DNA of 64,000 bases from Octopus sinensis. Lineage: Eukaryota. The stretch covers positions 70,990,001 to 71,054,000 of the forward strand of contig NC_043003.1 in NCBI RefSeq assembly GCF_006345805.1, in the 5' to 3' direction. A model generated the notes under the pieces. That model ran no database searches. It saw only the letters and a program-made list of their open reading frames with translations, and was not told the DNA's origin. A program made the position numbers and the translations under genes. Below are positions 36,673 to 50,848 of this stretch, piece after piece; the first letter of the stretch is position 1; each line of letters opens with the position of its first letter.

Positions 36673-36677
<5 letters not shown>
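36441..36677. repeat. Imperfect ~235-nt fold-back
   Basis: GTAGTACAGAAGCAG/CTGCTTCTCTACTAC outer arms; AAAGGCCCATCCTT/GAGGATGGCCCTTT and CCAAGA/TCTTGG inner stems. Confidence 0.7.
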
Positions 36678-36744
<67 letters not shown>

Positions 36745-37090
36745 TTACTACTACTACTATAATATCTTACACACAAACACATATATATACATATATACAC
36801 ACAAATATATATAAAATACGCATATACACTCACAGTTTAACTACACACATATGTATGCAATGACAGTGATAATGAGAAAGCGAAAAAGAAAGGGAGAGAA
36901 AAAGCACAAATATTTGTTTTCAGAGAGTTGTTTTAATTATATATATTTATCTTTGAATTATCCTTATACTTAAAATAATCATTTTCGAATTGCGTCATTA
37001 CCCAGTGAAACATGTTAAACTCTACATAAAACGTCAAAAGTCTTTGGATGCTATCGAAAAAGAAAAAGCAATAAATGAGTGGACGGTTGC

Positions 37091-37171
<81 letters not shown>

Positions 37172-38599
37172 ATAATGCTACATTGAAGAGAATGAAAGAG
37201 ATAGAACGCCAAAGAGAGGTAATGTAAGAGTAGCAGAAAAGAGGGAAAAATGTGAACGTATGAAAGTGTAGGGAAGAGAGAGGGAGAGAGAGGGGGGAGA
37301 ATGAACTGAAGGTGTCTGTGTGAGAGTTAGAAAGAACGAGAGACAGGAGGAAAGACAAAGGAAAAATGAGGCAATGAAAAAGAGCGAAAGTGATGGAAAG
37401 AAAGAGAACAAAATTTAAAGAGAAAATTTAGAGAGGAGTAAAATTGATGCAAAGGCAGAGAATACTAGAATTTAGAAGAAAGAAACAAAAAAATGTAGAG
37501 AGATTGGACAGGAGAAAAGTGAGCGAATCAGAGACGTGTGATGCTTAAAAAAGAGAGAGGGGAAGTAGATAAATATTAAAAGGTGGAATGAGAAGGAAAA
37601 ACAAAACAAGAGATACTCATTGAGAAGCGTCTACAAACGAACAGAAATAAAGCAAAAAAGTTAGTCCAAGCAGAGAGCCACGTGGTCAGAGCTATGAATA
37701 GCGTTTTTTTTTATTTCACATTCTTGACTTCTTACTTTAGCAGAAGTACTGTACTATTTCTGTTTTGGTTGAAGAATAAAATATGAACCTGTCCATCAGT
37801 AAAGCGTAGCTTTATCAGCGTGGCGTTAAAATAATAATAATAAAATTATATATTATTTACAAGAGTGTAAAATATTAAGCAATTTTGTGTATGTCTGCGT
37901 ATATACATAGGTATTAACACATACACATGAGTAAATACGTTGGTGTGAACGTAAATGACCACACACCATTCACAACGCCTCCACGTCCTGAACACTATGA
38001 CTCCTGAACTGGCAGAAATCCGACCAATCAGAATATGTACTTTACCTTGACCCATCAGAATCATTTATATAAGGAACTGAGATTACTACGTCACGCATGT
38101 CTCTTCACAATGCTTGAAAAACATCACCCATTTCTGGTGTGCACGAAGATATATTTTTATTTTCTCTTCTGCACTTCCTCTTGTACAACGACTATTCTCC
38201 ACTCGAACAGATCTCACAACGACAACAGATATTCTTGTTTTCCGTTCCAGCTGGCCTGCCATTTGTAATTCCTTCATTTTTCAGCCTTAATGGTTCTGTG
38301 AGTAGTACAGCCATGGAGAATTCGCTGCCGAGCTTACATCGAATTTTACGCTGCACACAGCAGATAGATCTCTTCGTTCAGATAGATCTTCCACTCCATC
38401 AGACTCACTACCATTTTCACATACACGCCATGCACGAAAAGCACCATTGTTAGCTTCAAAGTATGCGCTCCAGAAATGGCCTTTACACTCAACAAACGCT
38501 TCAACCACTCAACCTCTCTTTCTCTTCTTTGTGTGTGTGTCTTTGTCTGTTTGTCTGTCTCTCTTCCCCCCTCCCTCTCTCTCCCTCTTATGGGGTATG

Positions 38600-39070
38600 C
38601 CGCGATCTTGTTTGGAAACAGTCTACTATATTCCACTCGACGTAGCGTAACACTTTTGACCTTATCGCAGTCACAATATCTCGAAAGTGATGAGGATAAC
38701 ATTAGCAAACATCTTGAATCTCTTTCTCCATTTAATGACCATTAGTACGGCTTTCGTGACAGCTGATCTACTGGAAGCATACTCTTCTGTCACACATCAG
38801 TAGGATCAGTCACTCAAGAAATTGGGTGAAAGCAATTTTGTTGCTCTTAACACAAGTAAAACTTTCGACCATGGTTGAAAATAGAATCTCTTGTTAAAAC
38901 ATTACACTTATGGATTCCATCCGTCTCTTATCTCTTAAATAGGTGACTTCCTGTTAGACATCATTGTTACGACGTGTGCTGATGAAATTCTCTCTGGCTT
39001 ACTCTCTAGCAATTCTGGTGTGCCCCAAAATTCGGTTTTGACTACCACACACTTCTTCCTGTACACCAAA
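38600..39070 (+). mobile_element. LINE (CR1/Jockey-group) RT remnant
   Basis: KHLES..YGFR..VALNTSKTFDHG..NSGVPQNSVL; decayed. Confidence 0.75.
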
Positions 39071-40590
39071 TATCTACTGTTCGTGAATGTATTTAGGTTA
39101 AATAATCTAAGTCAGTAATCTCAGCGGCATCATAGCTCTCCATGGATATATGTCGAACAAAACTGACACTCAACAACGCATCAAATATAGTTACGCACGA
39201 CACACCATCTGGATTTCATTTAACATCGACGACACACTAAGTAACATCAGATTTTAAGTTAAGTTACTCTTGCCTAAAGAACTTCACTGCCAACATCACA
39301 TACTGTAGCAAAAAAGACCTACAATAACGTAGTGTTTATTTCAGGCATTGGTCTGCAACGACTGAAATTATCCACTGTGGGTAGGGATTCTCGCCTTCTT
39401 AGGTAGTGATCTTCTTACCATGCTTAATAGTATTCCAGTAACATCAACAGAAAGTTTACTCAGCACATACTCTCCTTCAGGTCAAAGAACAGAGAAAGCT
39501 GCGCCTCCCAGTTCTGTTTTTTTTTCTGGAGGTTTTATGACCAGGGATGTGTTCAGTTCAGTAATATTTGGAACTTCTTAAGAAGGTCCCTCTTCACTCG
39601 TTCAGAGTGCACATATTGCAATAGCTCACTATATCCCTAAACTATCATACTGTTTTCGTCAACAGAGCTTTCTATATGCTAATTTTAAACCAGTAGTCGT
39701 TAATAGCATTTCATAAATATTACTGTAATTTTAAATTCGTGGTTTCCGATCCGGCAGCTGTTGTCAGCTGGTAGCAATGTCCTATGCGATCCGAATAAGA
39801 TAATGAGGATAAGTCTCTCTCCTCAGTCAATGACAATCAGCAACATTTAGAAGCTATGACCAGCTCACTACCAATATCATTATCCTATCAAACAGATATG
39901 CTTTTTGTACCTGTGGAATAAAATATTAATACAAATTTTTAAACACCTTATGTTGAGTACAATTTCGTTTGTACAAACAGAAACACATACATAGTTTTAT
40001 TTTATATGCAGCTTACATAACAGGGCATTGCGTTCACCGCTTATTGACTGGTTATCGGAAAGATTTCGGCAACTTTCGGCACCACGCTCTCCAAAGGTAT
40101 TACGCAGCATTTACCCAACTATAGTATGTCCAGACTCTTTTAATTCACGATACAGTACATCTCTTCTTAACGTCATCCAAACAACCATCACTCTAAGTTG
40201 AGTATGTCGTAAATACTCTAGACACGCAGCAACTTTCTGGCTTATTAAATACTAAGAAAGGTTTAAGTGTTCTCAAATTAGCCGTGACGATACAGTTTTC
40301 TGTTTCACTCCTAAGTTCTCCTTCCTTCCTTTCTTCCTTCCTTTCTTTCTTTCTTTCTTTCTTTCTTTTTTTCTTTCTTTCAAAATATCATTACAACTTA
40401 TACGACTCGATGTCAGTATGAACAAGCCGGTCCAAACTCCTCTTATGTGGATATTCTAACAACAGTTTAGTGTAGTTTGTTATATTTGACTCGAGCCGAA
40501 GATTCTGGTACATATATGAATATATATATATGTGGAAGGATGGATGGATATACATACATCAACGCATAATGTTTATAGATATGTGTGTGT

Positions 40591-40647
<57 letters not shown>

Positions 40648-41519
40648 GTGATATTTGTAAAACATGTCTGCGTTCCTCATGCTTGTTTTAGAAATGCCTA
40701 CAAGGAAATGAGACACCAAGCAGTGCACTGTAGTGGTGGATGTGTTGTATTATCAACAAAACAGTGGTATTAATTATATAATTACGGTGACAAAAGCTCT
40801 GTGACAATAGGCTGCTTTCACTTTATTTAACATTAACAGGCGGCTAGAGATACAATCCTATTTATTACCAATTTAATATATCTGTATATGTAAGTTAGTG
40901 AACGAGTGTGTGTGTGTGTATGTGTGTGTGTGCGTGTATGTGTGTGTATGTGACTGCGCGTACTTGTACGTGTGTATGTGAGTAAGATAGTGTGTATATG
41001 TATGGGTGCGCTTGTGCGAATGAGTTTGTTCTCGAGGTTATGAAAATTAGATATTTAGGTTGCATATCTATCCAGTGTTGGAGAATGAAAATTAAAATTT
41101 AATACTAGATTTCTACAGAGACTGTGCTACAAAATGCTAAACAAAAAAAACTGTCGTTAATTAATTTAAAAAGAAGAGAATTTTAACCTTTCTCTGATAA
41201 GTCGTTGAAACCTTCAATATTTCTGTCACTGAAACTTTGTATCTAAGTCAGAAATGTTTCCTTTATACCATTTTATATAGAATTGCTTGAAGTGAACAAG
41301 TATCTTCTTCGGCATTTAATATGTTTCAAACTATATTTTACAGACAAAATTATTTTAAACATTGGAAGTTGCATCTTATTTTTAAATTTTGTTTTGATAT
41401 TCATGTTACTTAACCGACCAGAGAAATTTGCCAAGAAGTGTACACTTGCTACACAGACCACGAAAAGGCATGAGACTGCGTGCCACGGGCCATGTTGTAG
41501 ACGTTTTGCAGTGTTTGTG

Positions 41520-41945
41520 TTTGTATAAATATTGTGAAGTCGAAATCTTTCAACGTAGATGTTGGACTTCATCATGGGAGTGGTATTGTCATCACTCCTT
41601 TTCATAATTATTATGAACTTGATTGACATGCTCAGCCGTTGTGGAAACGGTTTCACAATCAGTGTGTGCGCAATCGGTCGGCTGATATTTGCAGCCAGCA
41701 TGGTGCTACTTCACTCATCACATCTCCAGCATGCACTAAATGGGTTCGTGTCGAGTGCTGCAAGGTAGGGATGAGAATTAGTGTTACGAGGACTGATCTT
41801 ACATTGATCTTCCCAAGAAAGTCATCCCAGTGCCCTCTGCATGTTAGTGGAACATCATGGAGACAAGTGGAGAGATTTAAGTATCCCGGAACCGTTTTCA
41901 TGAGTGATGGAAATCAGGGGGCTGGATTAGATGCTAAAATTGCAT
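41520..41945 (+). mobile_element. RTE-clade RT remnant
   Basis: SKSFNVDVGL..VLSSLLFIIIMN..LQHALNGF..VGMRIS..QVERFKYPG. Confidence 0.75.
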
Positions 41946-42541
41946 TTTCTCCCCAAGGAAGTAAAAAAAAAATAAATAAAGGGAAAGCCAATCTCAGACG
42001 TTCTATGGTGAATCTGTACACCCCTGCGATTGGCTAAGGGAACTATACTAGTTAGTATAAAGGATCATGCGCAGAACAGAGCTGACAAACAGCATAACAA
42101 GACGAACAGTAACATATAAAACTTTGAGAATTGCAACAAGAAAAATAGAGATTGCGACAGTGGAGGAAATAGAGGTTGTGAAAGTATCAAAATATTGACA
42201 ACTTTTATAATAAGACGGTACAATCGGGGAACTTAAAATAACAAAAGATGATGAATAAAGACGAAGAAATTAAAAAAAGAATGAATTATGATAAGATATT
42301 ATAATGAGGCGCAATGCCCACTCGACCCCCGAAGTGGAGTGGTTACATTTTGTCAGTCTTTTCCCTTAATTGATTTTCTCAAAGATTACAACTGAGCTTT
42401 ACAAAATTACATTATCAATTTCACAATTACAACTGAAGTTCGCAAAATTTACAAAAAAATAAATTTCACAAACAGTGTTTTTCGGCACTTTTTCCACTTT
42501 TCCATAAACTTCAGAGATAGTCTATTTTTCTTTTCAGCTCC

Positions 42542-43560
42542 TCATAATCCATTACGGGAGGTGGGTGATCCATCAACCGACACCTCTTCTAGTATATTCT
42601 TTCTGGCGACCTCGATGAAATTGGCGTAACTGTCCGCATGGACTAAAACACCAATCTCATCTTCGTCATACTTGGTTCCCATCCTTACTCTTGTTACTCC
42701 CTTCATTCTCGATCCTTTTTTCTCTATTTCATAGGAGCTTTTGTATATTACAAATGCTCCATAAAATTTAAACGTATCATTACCTTTGTTTTCTGCTGCG
42801 TCTTCTCTCGTCTTCGATCTTTTTATACTTTGGGGATTGGTAGCTCCTTTGCTCTCTTCTTTTGTTTTTTTCCATTTCTCTCTTCTTCTTGTCCTTCTTG
42901 TTTTCATTCTCTTTCAGTGTACTGTTTTTTCCTAATTTTTTCCTTCTGTTTGAACTTTCTCTTGTCTCTGTTCTTTCTTTTGCTCTTTTTGTTCCTTTCC
43001 TGTTGTCTCTTTACTTTGTGTAAATTCATATAATGGACACTCAGTCCTTATATGTCCTCTTGTTCCGCACACATAACAATTGGGTCTCCTTCCTTCGACA
43101 ATAATGTTTATCGTCGGTTCATTTTCAACTTCGATCTGGAAGGGGATTCTCTCTGTCTTCTGTTGTGGCTGTAAGCAACATTTCGACTCCGAATCTCCGC
43201 CAGTTTACCGCATTGGTTTCAGTAACTGGACCTAGTTCGGGTTCGTCTTTTGTAGACCCTAGAATCGCTGCCACCAGCCATTCTGTTTTTATTTCCGGCA
43301 GTATACTCGGAATCTTAACCTTGATACTTCTTCTTCCTTTATAAGTGGGTAACATTGTAAACCTTTCTGTTCTTAAGATAGCGGTGGATAGCGAGGCTGC
43401 CTCTTCACTTGTGGCGAATCTCACCTCCACCGTACCGAACTTCTCCCCTCTGCTAACATAAGTTGCTCTTAACGTTACATTTCCGAGACACTTTTCTATT
43501 TCTTCTGATATCCATACTATTTTCTTTGTGTTCATATCTTGAGTTTTATATATAATCGTT
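42542..43560 (-). mobile_element. LINE ORF1 (gag-like) pseudogene with CCHC zinc knuckle
   Basis: ORF 43125-43535 continues after a frameshift into GRRPNCYVCGTRGHIRTECP (CX2CX4HX4C, ~43040-43100) and a K/E-rich tail. Confidence 0.7.
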
Positions 43561-44098
43561 TTAAGGTTTTTATCCTCTGTTGTTTCTGCTGGAGGGATCA
43601 GCTTAATGCTTTCTCACTCCCTTCTCACGTACTGTTCACATCTCTGTATTTCTTCTTTATCAATTGTAACATTCTTTTTTAAAACCCAGTGACGCGACAC
43701 TTCTTGTTGCAGCAACCCTCGCATAAGTATCCATGACGGAGGGACGACGTCTTTTCTTTCACCTAAAATGGGGGGGGGAAGAACGGCAAGCAGCAACAAG
43801 CGCCTCGCACGATTCTTTCTCTCTACGACTTTTTTACAACTTTTCACATTTTTTCATACAAAAGACATAACGTCTTCATCGCATGAGCTAAAAAAACACA
43901 CATCTGAACGCTATGAACTGCTGCCAGTAGTTGAACTCAGTGACCTGGAGCCTTATATGAAGCATTAAAAGGGAGAAGAAAAGAAGAGTAAGTAAAATTA
44001 ATTGATAAAAGAAAAAAGAAAAAGAAAGGAAAAGTGCTTCGAAGGAAAAATGATAATCAAGAAAAAACAACAGACAATAATAGCACGATTGTAATATA

Positions 44099-44319
44099 TA
44101 TTTCTTTACTACCCACAAGGGGCTAAACATAGAGGGGCCAAACAAGGACAGACGAAGGGATTAAGTCGATTACATCGACCCCAGTGCGTAACTGGTACTT
44201 AATTTATCGACCCCGAAAGGATGAAAGGTAAAGACGACCTCGGCGGAATTTGAACTTGGAACGTATCGACAGACGAAATACGGCTACGCATTTCGCCCGG
44301 CGTGCTAACGTTTCTGCCA
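44099..44319 (-). mobile_element. SINE family B
   Basis: Homolog of 32122-32350. Confidence 0.9.
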
Positions 44320-45249
44320 CGTTCAAATGGTACTGCATGAGGAGTGGGGCCCATGCAGCCATTTCATTTTCCATTTTTATATAATATTCATCCTCGTTAG
44401 TTCTATGTTTATTGTCCCCACTGTCGTGTTGTGTCTGTCCCTGTCATGTCCACTCTCTGTTCAGGCTACATGTCTATAATAAATATTTTAAGAGTGTCAA
44501 ATGTGCAGTCATAGTGTACATGTCGTAGGAATTATTGAATATTGATATCGTGAAGTGCTTGTTGAAGATACACAGTTGGAGAGTAATAAGAGAACATCAG
44601 GAACGTTTGATATTATAACAGTTCGGATATAACAGCGACGATGAGAAGTCGTGCGTCATATCACAACTACTGGCGCCAATATTATCGACTAACTCTTTAT
44701 CGACTATAATTTTTCCCACTGAATCTGATGTTATTCACTTGTTCCCCAAAAAAAAAGAAGAAAAAAAGTTTTAGAAAAATGTTATAGAGGTTTAAAGTTT
44801 AATAATTTTTGCACAGTCAGAAAACAGGATTTGGAAAGAGACGTTTTATGCGTGATGACAACATTATGACAACTGATGACATTATAATGACAAAACAACA
44901 TTCAAAGATGGAAGTTTTAGTAAGTTTTAACGAACGAGGTCAAAAGAAATAGCAGAGCTGGCAAGTAATGCGAAAAACTACTAAAGATAAAAAAAGAAAA
45001 AAGAAACTGACTATCAACGTTAAATTACGAAAGAAAATATAAACAAAAAATTTAAACAACAAAACAAAATGAACGTTAAATTACAAGGAAAAACCACCTA
45101 AGAAAACAGTTCATGTAACGATCGAACTGCTGGAAAAGGAAGCTAAATCTCCCCCTCCCCCCGAACACTTTAACATTATAAAATGGGGAAGGACATACTA
45201 GACTATAGTAGTCCTAGATAACTCTAAAACTCTAGGGCGTTCAACATTA

Positions 45250-45790
45250 AAATGCTCTTTTTGATCATAGGTCTGCCCGATCAATCGCATCCTCTTCGGT
45301 TTTCAATTTCTCCATCATATACGAATGGTCACATGAATTGGCAACAGATGAGTAAGCATACTACACAACAGCTTGCCTTGTTACTATGGAAACAGACACC
45401 ATTATGTCTGTGGCCTTCGATTTGGGTAAAAGTACCCAAAATTTGCAAACTTTAAAAGCTATTAACTTTTTATTTATTAATCTAAGGCAGCATTGAATTC
45501 CATTTCCATAAGTAGCATACAAAACTACATCGATACAACAGATTTGAAATCGACTGGAACAAAATTGAAGGAATTGAAAAGTAAAAGCCAAACAGAAAAA
45601 GATCCGGTGTCTGTGCCCCACTCAATTTTTTCTTATTGATACATTTAAGTTGACTTGTGAGAAAATTAAGGTTTGGTGTGTTTGACGGGCCACAGTTTAG
45701 GTGACTATTGAAGGACAAGCAGTTTTTGGAGACCATGTCTGGCGTTGAAAAAGAAGCAAGGAATACTGTTGCTGCAGTTGTCTGATTGTA
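45250..45790 (+). mobile_element. Chapaev3-like (CMC) transposase remnant, rearranged
   Basis: Includes a ~128-bp block nearly identical to 47496-47621. Confidence 0.5.
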
Positions 45791-47249
45791 TGGTATGATA
45801 CGTTTGTGAGTAGTAAAAGAAACAAGCTACATTTCTCACTATTTGACATACCTCAAATCATTAACGTGGCACATTGGTGATCCAATCAAAATATATCATA
45901 TCTTAATAGATCAAATGGTTAATCTGTTACTAACAGATATTTGATCGCTGCAATATACTGTTAAATTTTTAACTAAGTAAATTGAAATCAAGTTTACTTA
46001 GTTAAAAATTTAACAGTATAATTGTAACAATGAATATTTTCTGTTGATGGACGGAAGGACAGAATACTGTGTGAAGTTCCAGTAACAAAATATTTATTAT
46101 TGTTAACATAAAAAGTTGTGATGAACGACAGAAAACATTTACACCAAGTGAAACATGATAGATATATGTTCACTAATGTTTGTAGTCATTGCTCAGTGGA
46201 CTGATTTCCAATTCTGTAGTCGAAGGTGAATGGCATCAGCCCGTGCAGCCATTGATTTTAGCTGACCAGTTAAGAGATAAGCCTTCTATCAAAGGCAAAT
46301 TTATTTATATAAACCCATGTATTGTCAATCACAACTGGGGATCTAATGGATTCAATTCCTCTTTCCTTCTATCTCTTTCACAATGTTTTTCACTCCTACT
46401 ACTTCTTATTCATGTATAAATTCATGTTGTCCTGCGTTTATTATCATTTAACGGCGGTGCATCAGCATGGCCGCAGCTCTGAGCTGAAACTTTAAAAAAA
46501 AAGTTGCAGCCAGTTTTTTCTAACTTAGATGTAAATCTCTACTGTCATTAATTGCTCTCCTTTCAAATCTAATCTATTTCATTCTATCACGTCGAGATTT
46601 TTCACATACTCAAAGGTACAGCTTTCAACAATTTCGGTATTGACACCATTTCTAATGATAAATTTGGCTTCATCAAATACAGACCCATGAATGGAGCTTG
46701 ACATAACGTTTGAAAACATAGTTTTTCAGTATCATTTAAAGTATCTACAAACTGAATATTATTTAAAGTATCTACAAAACTGAAAAACAAAGTCATGTTT
46801 TGAATATTTTCAGTAAATAAAATGCATCAAACTTGAGCCACTTTTACTATTTTCAATCTAACCAGTTTTAAATGTGATGACGATGACAGAAATGTCATTT
46901 ATGCAATTTAGATGTTAATAAACAGCACATTTCTGTGGTCCATGACATTATACATATCTCATATTTGTGGGATTTGCCAGCAAATATGCCTACGCTGTAC
47001 TTGATTTAGTGTATCTATCATTGCAAACCAGGTGAGAAACGTTTTGTTGAACTTTTAACTATTTCTTAAGAAAATTGGTATTTTGAATGCGCTTTATGTT
47101 TCAGTTGTGAGGTAACATGGCTCAAAGAACTGTAGAAAAAGCTTCATGGTATGTACGCTCTTTAAGGAAATTTGCCATCACAAATCTGCTTTTGCTTCCT
47201 TTTATAGCTGTTGAAATTCTGAAAATACTATTCCCATTTGACAACTGGC

Positions 47250-48180
47250 TTGAATATATGTTTTGTATTTCAGAAATATGGCCAGTTGTGAGAGAAGAAA
47301 ATGCAGAAAGAGCCCCAATGTCTTCTGCTATAATCGAGGATGTTACACTTTACCTTGGCAGTGAAGCAAAATCGCACAAAACTGGGCGACCAGGACAAGC
47401 CCGAGCACCCCGGATAGTGTGTAAAACATGTTAAAACACCGAGACAGTGATTATTTCAAATACTTAAGCAGAGAGTTTCCAGCCTTGTCTTGTGAGAAAA
47501 TTAAAGTTGGTGTGTTTGACGGGCCACAGATTAGGTGACTACTGCAGGACAAGCAGTTTTTGGAAACCATGTCTGGCGTTGAAAAAGAAGCAAGGAATAC
47601 TGTTGCTGCAGTTGTCTGATTTCCTAGAAACAGAAACCCATCAAATTATGAAGAACTTGTACAGACCCAGTTAACCAGTTTTCGAGCACTCGGCTGTAAC
47701 ATGAGAGTAAAAGTTCATTTCCTACTCAGTCAGCTGGACTACTTCCTTGAAAATTATGGTGCAATGAGTAATGAACAAGGAGAAAGATTCCACCAAAATA
47801 TCAAGACCATGGAGACTAGATATCAATGCAGGTGGAACATGATGGTTAGCTACTGCTGGTCTCTGCAAAGAGACTGTCTTGATGCAAGTTATTCATGCAA
47901 AGTAACAAAGAGAAAATTCTCTCCTTCAGTAGTTGAAACTCCAGTTTGACAGAAATATCTCTCCTAACATATGTAATTAAACATTTTGTATAATATATTG
48001 TATTTGTTAAACAATAATAAGTGCTATTTAGTCTCTTAGTTTCTAATTTCAGTGGCAAATTTGAGCATTTTTTTGGTAAAATATGAATCCCTGTTTAACA
48101 AAAAGTTTTACTTGATAGATCATTTTTGGGGATATTTCTGGACTCAGCACCGTCAAATTAGGTAGGACTAGCTGCAAAAA
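47250..48180 (+). mobile_element. Chapaev3-like (CMC) DNA transposon, internally deleted
   Basis: KIKVGVFDGPQIR..LGCNMRVKVHFLLSQLDYFLENYGAMSNEQGERFHQNIKTMETRYQ..YCWSLQR. Confidence 0.7.
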
Positions 48181-48890
48181 GCAAGACAATTAAAAGTCTT
48201 TTGAAAATGTTCCCCAGTGTTATCAATAGAATAATAAAAGCAGTTGACCAGCCCTATTACTTACGGATAAGAAATTACAATTGTGCTAGAAACGTATGTA
48301 ACGGCAGACGAAATACGGCTACGTATTTCGCCCGGCGTGCTAACATTTCTGCCAGCTCACCGCCTTCATTCAAACTAATGTAGAGTATAACAAAGATTTG
48401 GTGTTTGGTATTGTACAATATAAAAAAAACTGGAATGCAGAAAATAGCAAGGATTTGCTAGTGAATAAATAATATAACTAAACAGGATATTCATAATGTC
48501 CTGTTGGTGGAGTTAATAGGAAAACTAGACAATTCGTTATAAACAAAAATGCGGGTGAGATAAAATATTACATACGGCGAGTGGAAAAGATACTTAAAAG
48601 CAAGAATTTGTAATATGCAAACACAAAATTAGTGGGAGCGTATCGCTGATCGACGTGTTACGTAGTGAAATGAGAACAATTCGTGATACAAGATAAATTC
48701 GTCTCTATACAACGTAAATCCATTCGTAAAACAGAACTTGCCAAACAAAATTTGCATAAATTGATTATAGAAAAAGAAGAAAATAGTTATGTGATGCGCA
48801 AGATCGATCTAGGAGACGCCTTTTGTTAGGATATTTGACAATACGTTGAATGTGTAATTCAAATTATTTTCATGTCTATATTACTGGTTG

Positions 48891-49325
48891 GGGATCTTTT
48901 CGGTTTGAACGGCAGTTTTTTAACATAATTTCTAGGTAACTAAAAAATTTTAAACTTCGTATACTGGTAGAATGTGTTTATAAAACATCTTTTTCTCTTG
49001 GCTTTATTGAGAAAATTCTATAGTTTGTAAGATATTTGTTGTCTTTTTTCTTAAATTTCTGCAATTTCAACCAATCACTGACGTCTATTGAGGTAAAAAA
49101 AACCATTCTGTGCCGTATGAATATGTCCTTCGTTTATGAAACAGATTGGGTTTATTTACATTTGTGAAGAAAAAAAGATACCCTTCCCCCATCCCTAACC
49201 AACTCTAACTAACCCTAACCCTAAAACAGATTGAAATGCAATAGATCGATACTAGGGTCATAATTATGGGTGACAATTCATATGACACCGCTAGAACAAA
49301 CTGCCGTTCAAACCGAAAAGATCCC
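48891..49325. mobile_element. MITE copy 2 (PIF/Harbinger-like) with internal (CCCTAA)n
   Basis: TIRs GGGATCTTTTCGGTTTGAACGGCAGTT / AACTGCCGTTCAAACCGAAAAGATCCC; 3-bp TSD TTG (48888-48890 and 49326-49328). Confidence 0.88.
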
Positions 49326-50800
49326 TTGTTGGTTTATTCCATACATGCTTAATCTGATATATAAACAACATAATAAAAAGAACATGCGTGGCTTTGATTG
49401 CATCAGAAGTGATGTAAATTACATGTCAGGGCAAATGTCTCTACATTTTTTTTATATTAATTATGAATGCATAAAGAAATTATTAACATCTTAAAAGTTG
49501 TGATATCAAAAAGAAAAGAAAAAGAGAAACATGAGTGTGAGAAACAATTGCGGTTTTTATTTTGTTTTTCAGTATTACATGTTCAGTATTAGATATAACT
49601 CTTTAAAAAAAAAAACAAACAAAAATAAGGGTTAGGGGATATTGTTAGGGGGTTAAGATCAGAGTTAAGTTTTAGAGTTGACATTGGAGTTAAGTGTTGG
49701 TGTTTAGGACTTAAAATCTAGAGATAAGCTTAGAATTTGAGTTTAAGGCTAGGGTTTTATAATTGTATTTGGGATTTATAGCTTGGATTAAGGAATAGGA
49801 TTTAGTGTTAGGTTTAGATTCAGGGTTTCGTGGTAGGTTTAAAGAAATAGAAAATGAAAAGAATCTAATTTGGGATCTTTTTTCATCGAATAGTATATGA
49901 CTAAGTTTAAAACATAGAAATAACAAAAAATCTGGACAAAAATCCTTAGGTTTTTGGTCCGGTATATCCCTAAGGGTTTAGCAATTGTTTTTATAAACTA
50001 ATATGCAATATTACAATCAACTCTCAGGCAGCACGCATTACGTATTCCGGTTAATAAATACATACCTACCTGCATACATACGTACATACGTACATATGTA
50101 TGTAATGTACGTACGTATATATATATATATAAAACATGCATACACATACATGTGTATGCGTGTGCTTGCACACGCGTGTGTCTGTGGAAGGGTATAAAAT
50201 GTATTTTTATATTAAAGTGTATTATAGACATATTCAGAATAGTATTAGATAGTGCTAGATATAGAATGCTTGAAAGATTTGCATCATGTGACAACCTTTG
50301 AATGACAGCCAACCGGTTAGATAATAGACAATCTAATGGTTCTTTCAATCTCCACCTATAGTTCTTGCACGATTTCCTAACGTTCTATTCCTCCTCTCCC
50401 TCCAGCCTCTATATCTTTGGCTATTTTCACTCTCAAACTTATCCTCCTCGGCCCACGAATTTTCATTGTTTGTCTTGTTTTCATTAATTTTTTTTTGTAT
50501 ATAAATTACAAATATTCTTTGTGAAGGCGTTTTCCTTTAGCTATTTTCGGCACATTATAAAATAAACGAATGGACATTGACTACATACATACATACATAC
50601 ATACATACATACATACATACATACATACCTAAATACATACATACATACACACATTCATACATATGTATATGCGTGTATGCATGTATGTATATATGTGTGT
50701 GTATGTATGTATGTATGTATGTATGTATGTATGTATGTATGTATGTATGTATGTATGTATCTATGTATCTATCTAGCTATATATATATACAGATAGATAG

Positions 50801-50848
<48 letters not shown>

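Noticed and set aside
38287-38508. Protein-like minus-strand ORF (GHFWSAYFEANNGAFRAW..) as a host exon
   Set aside because: No acceptor on that strand (upstream is purine-rich), competing open frames on the plus strand and no recognised homology.
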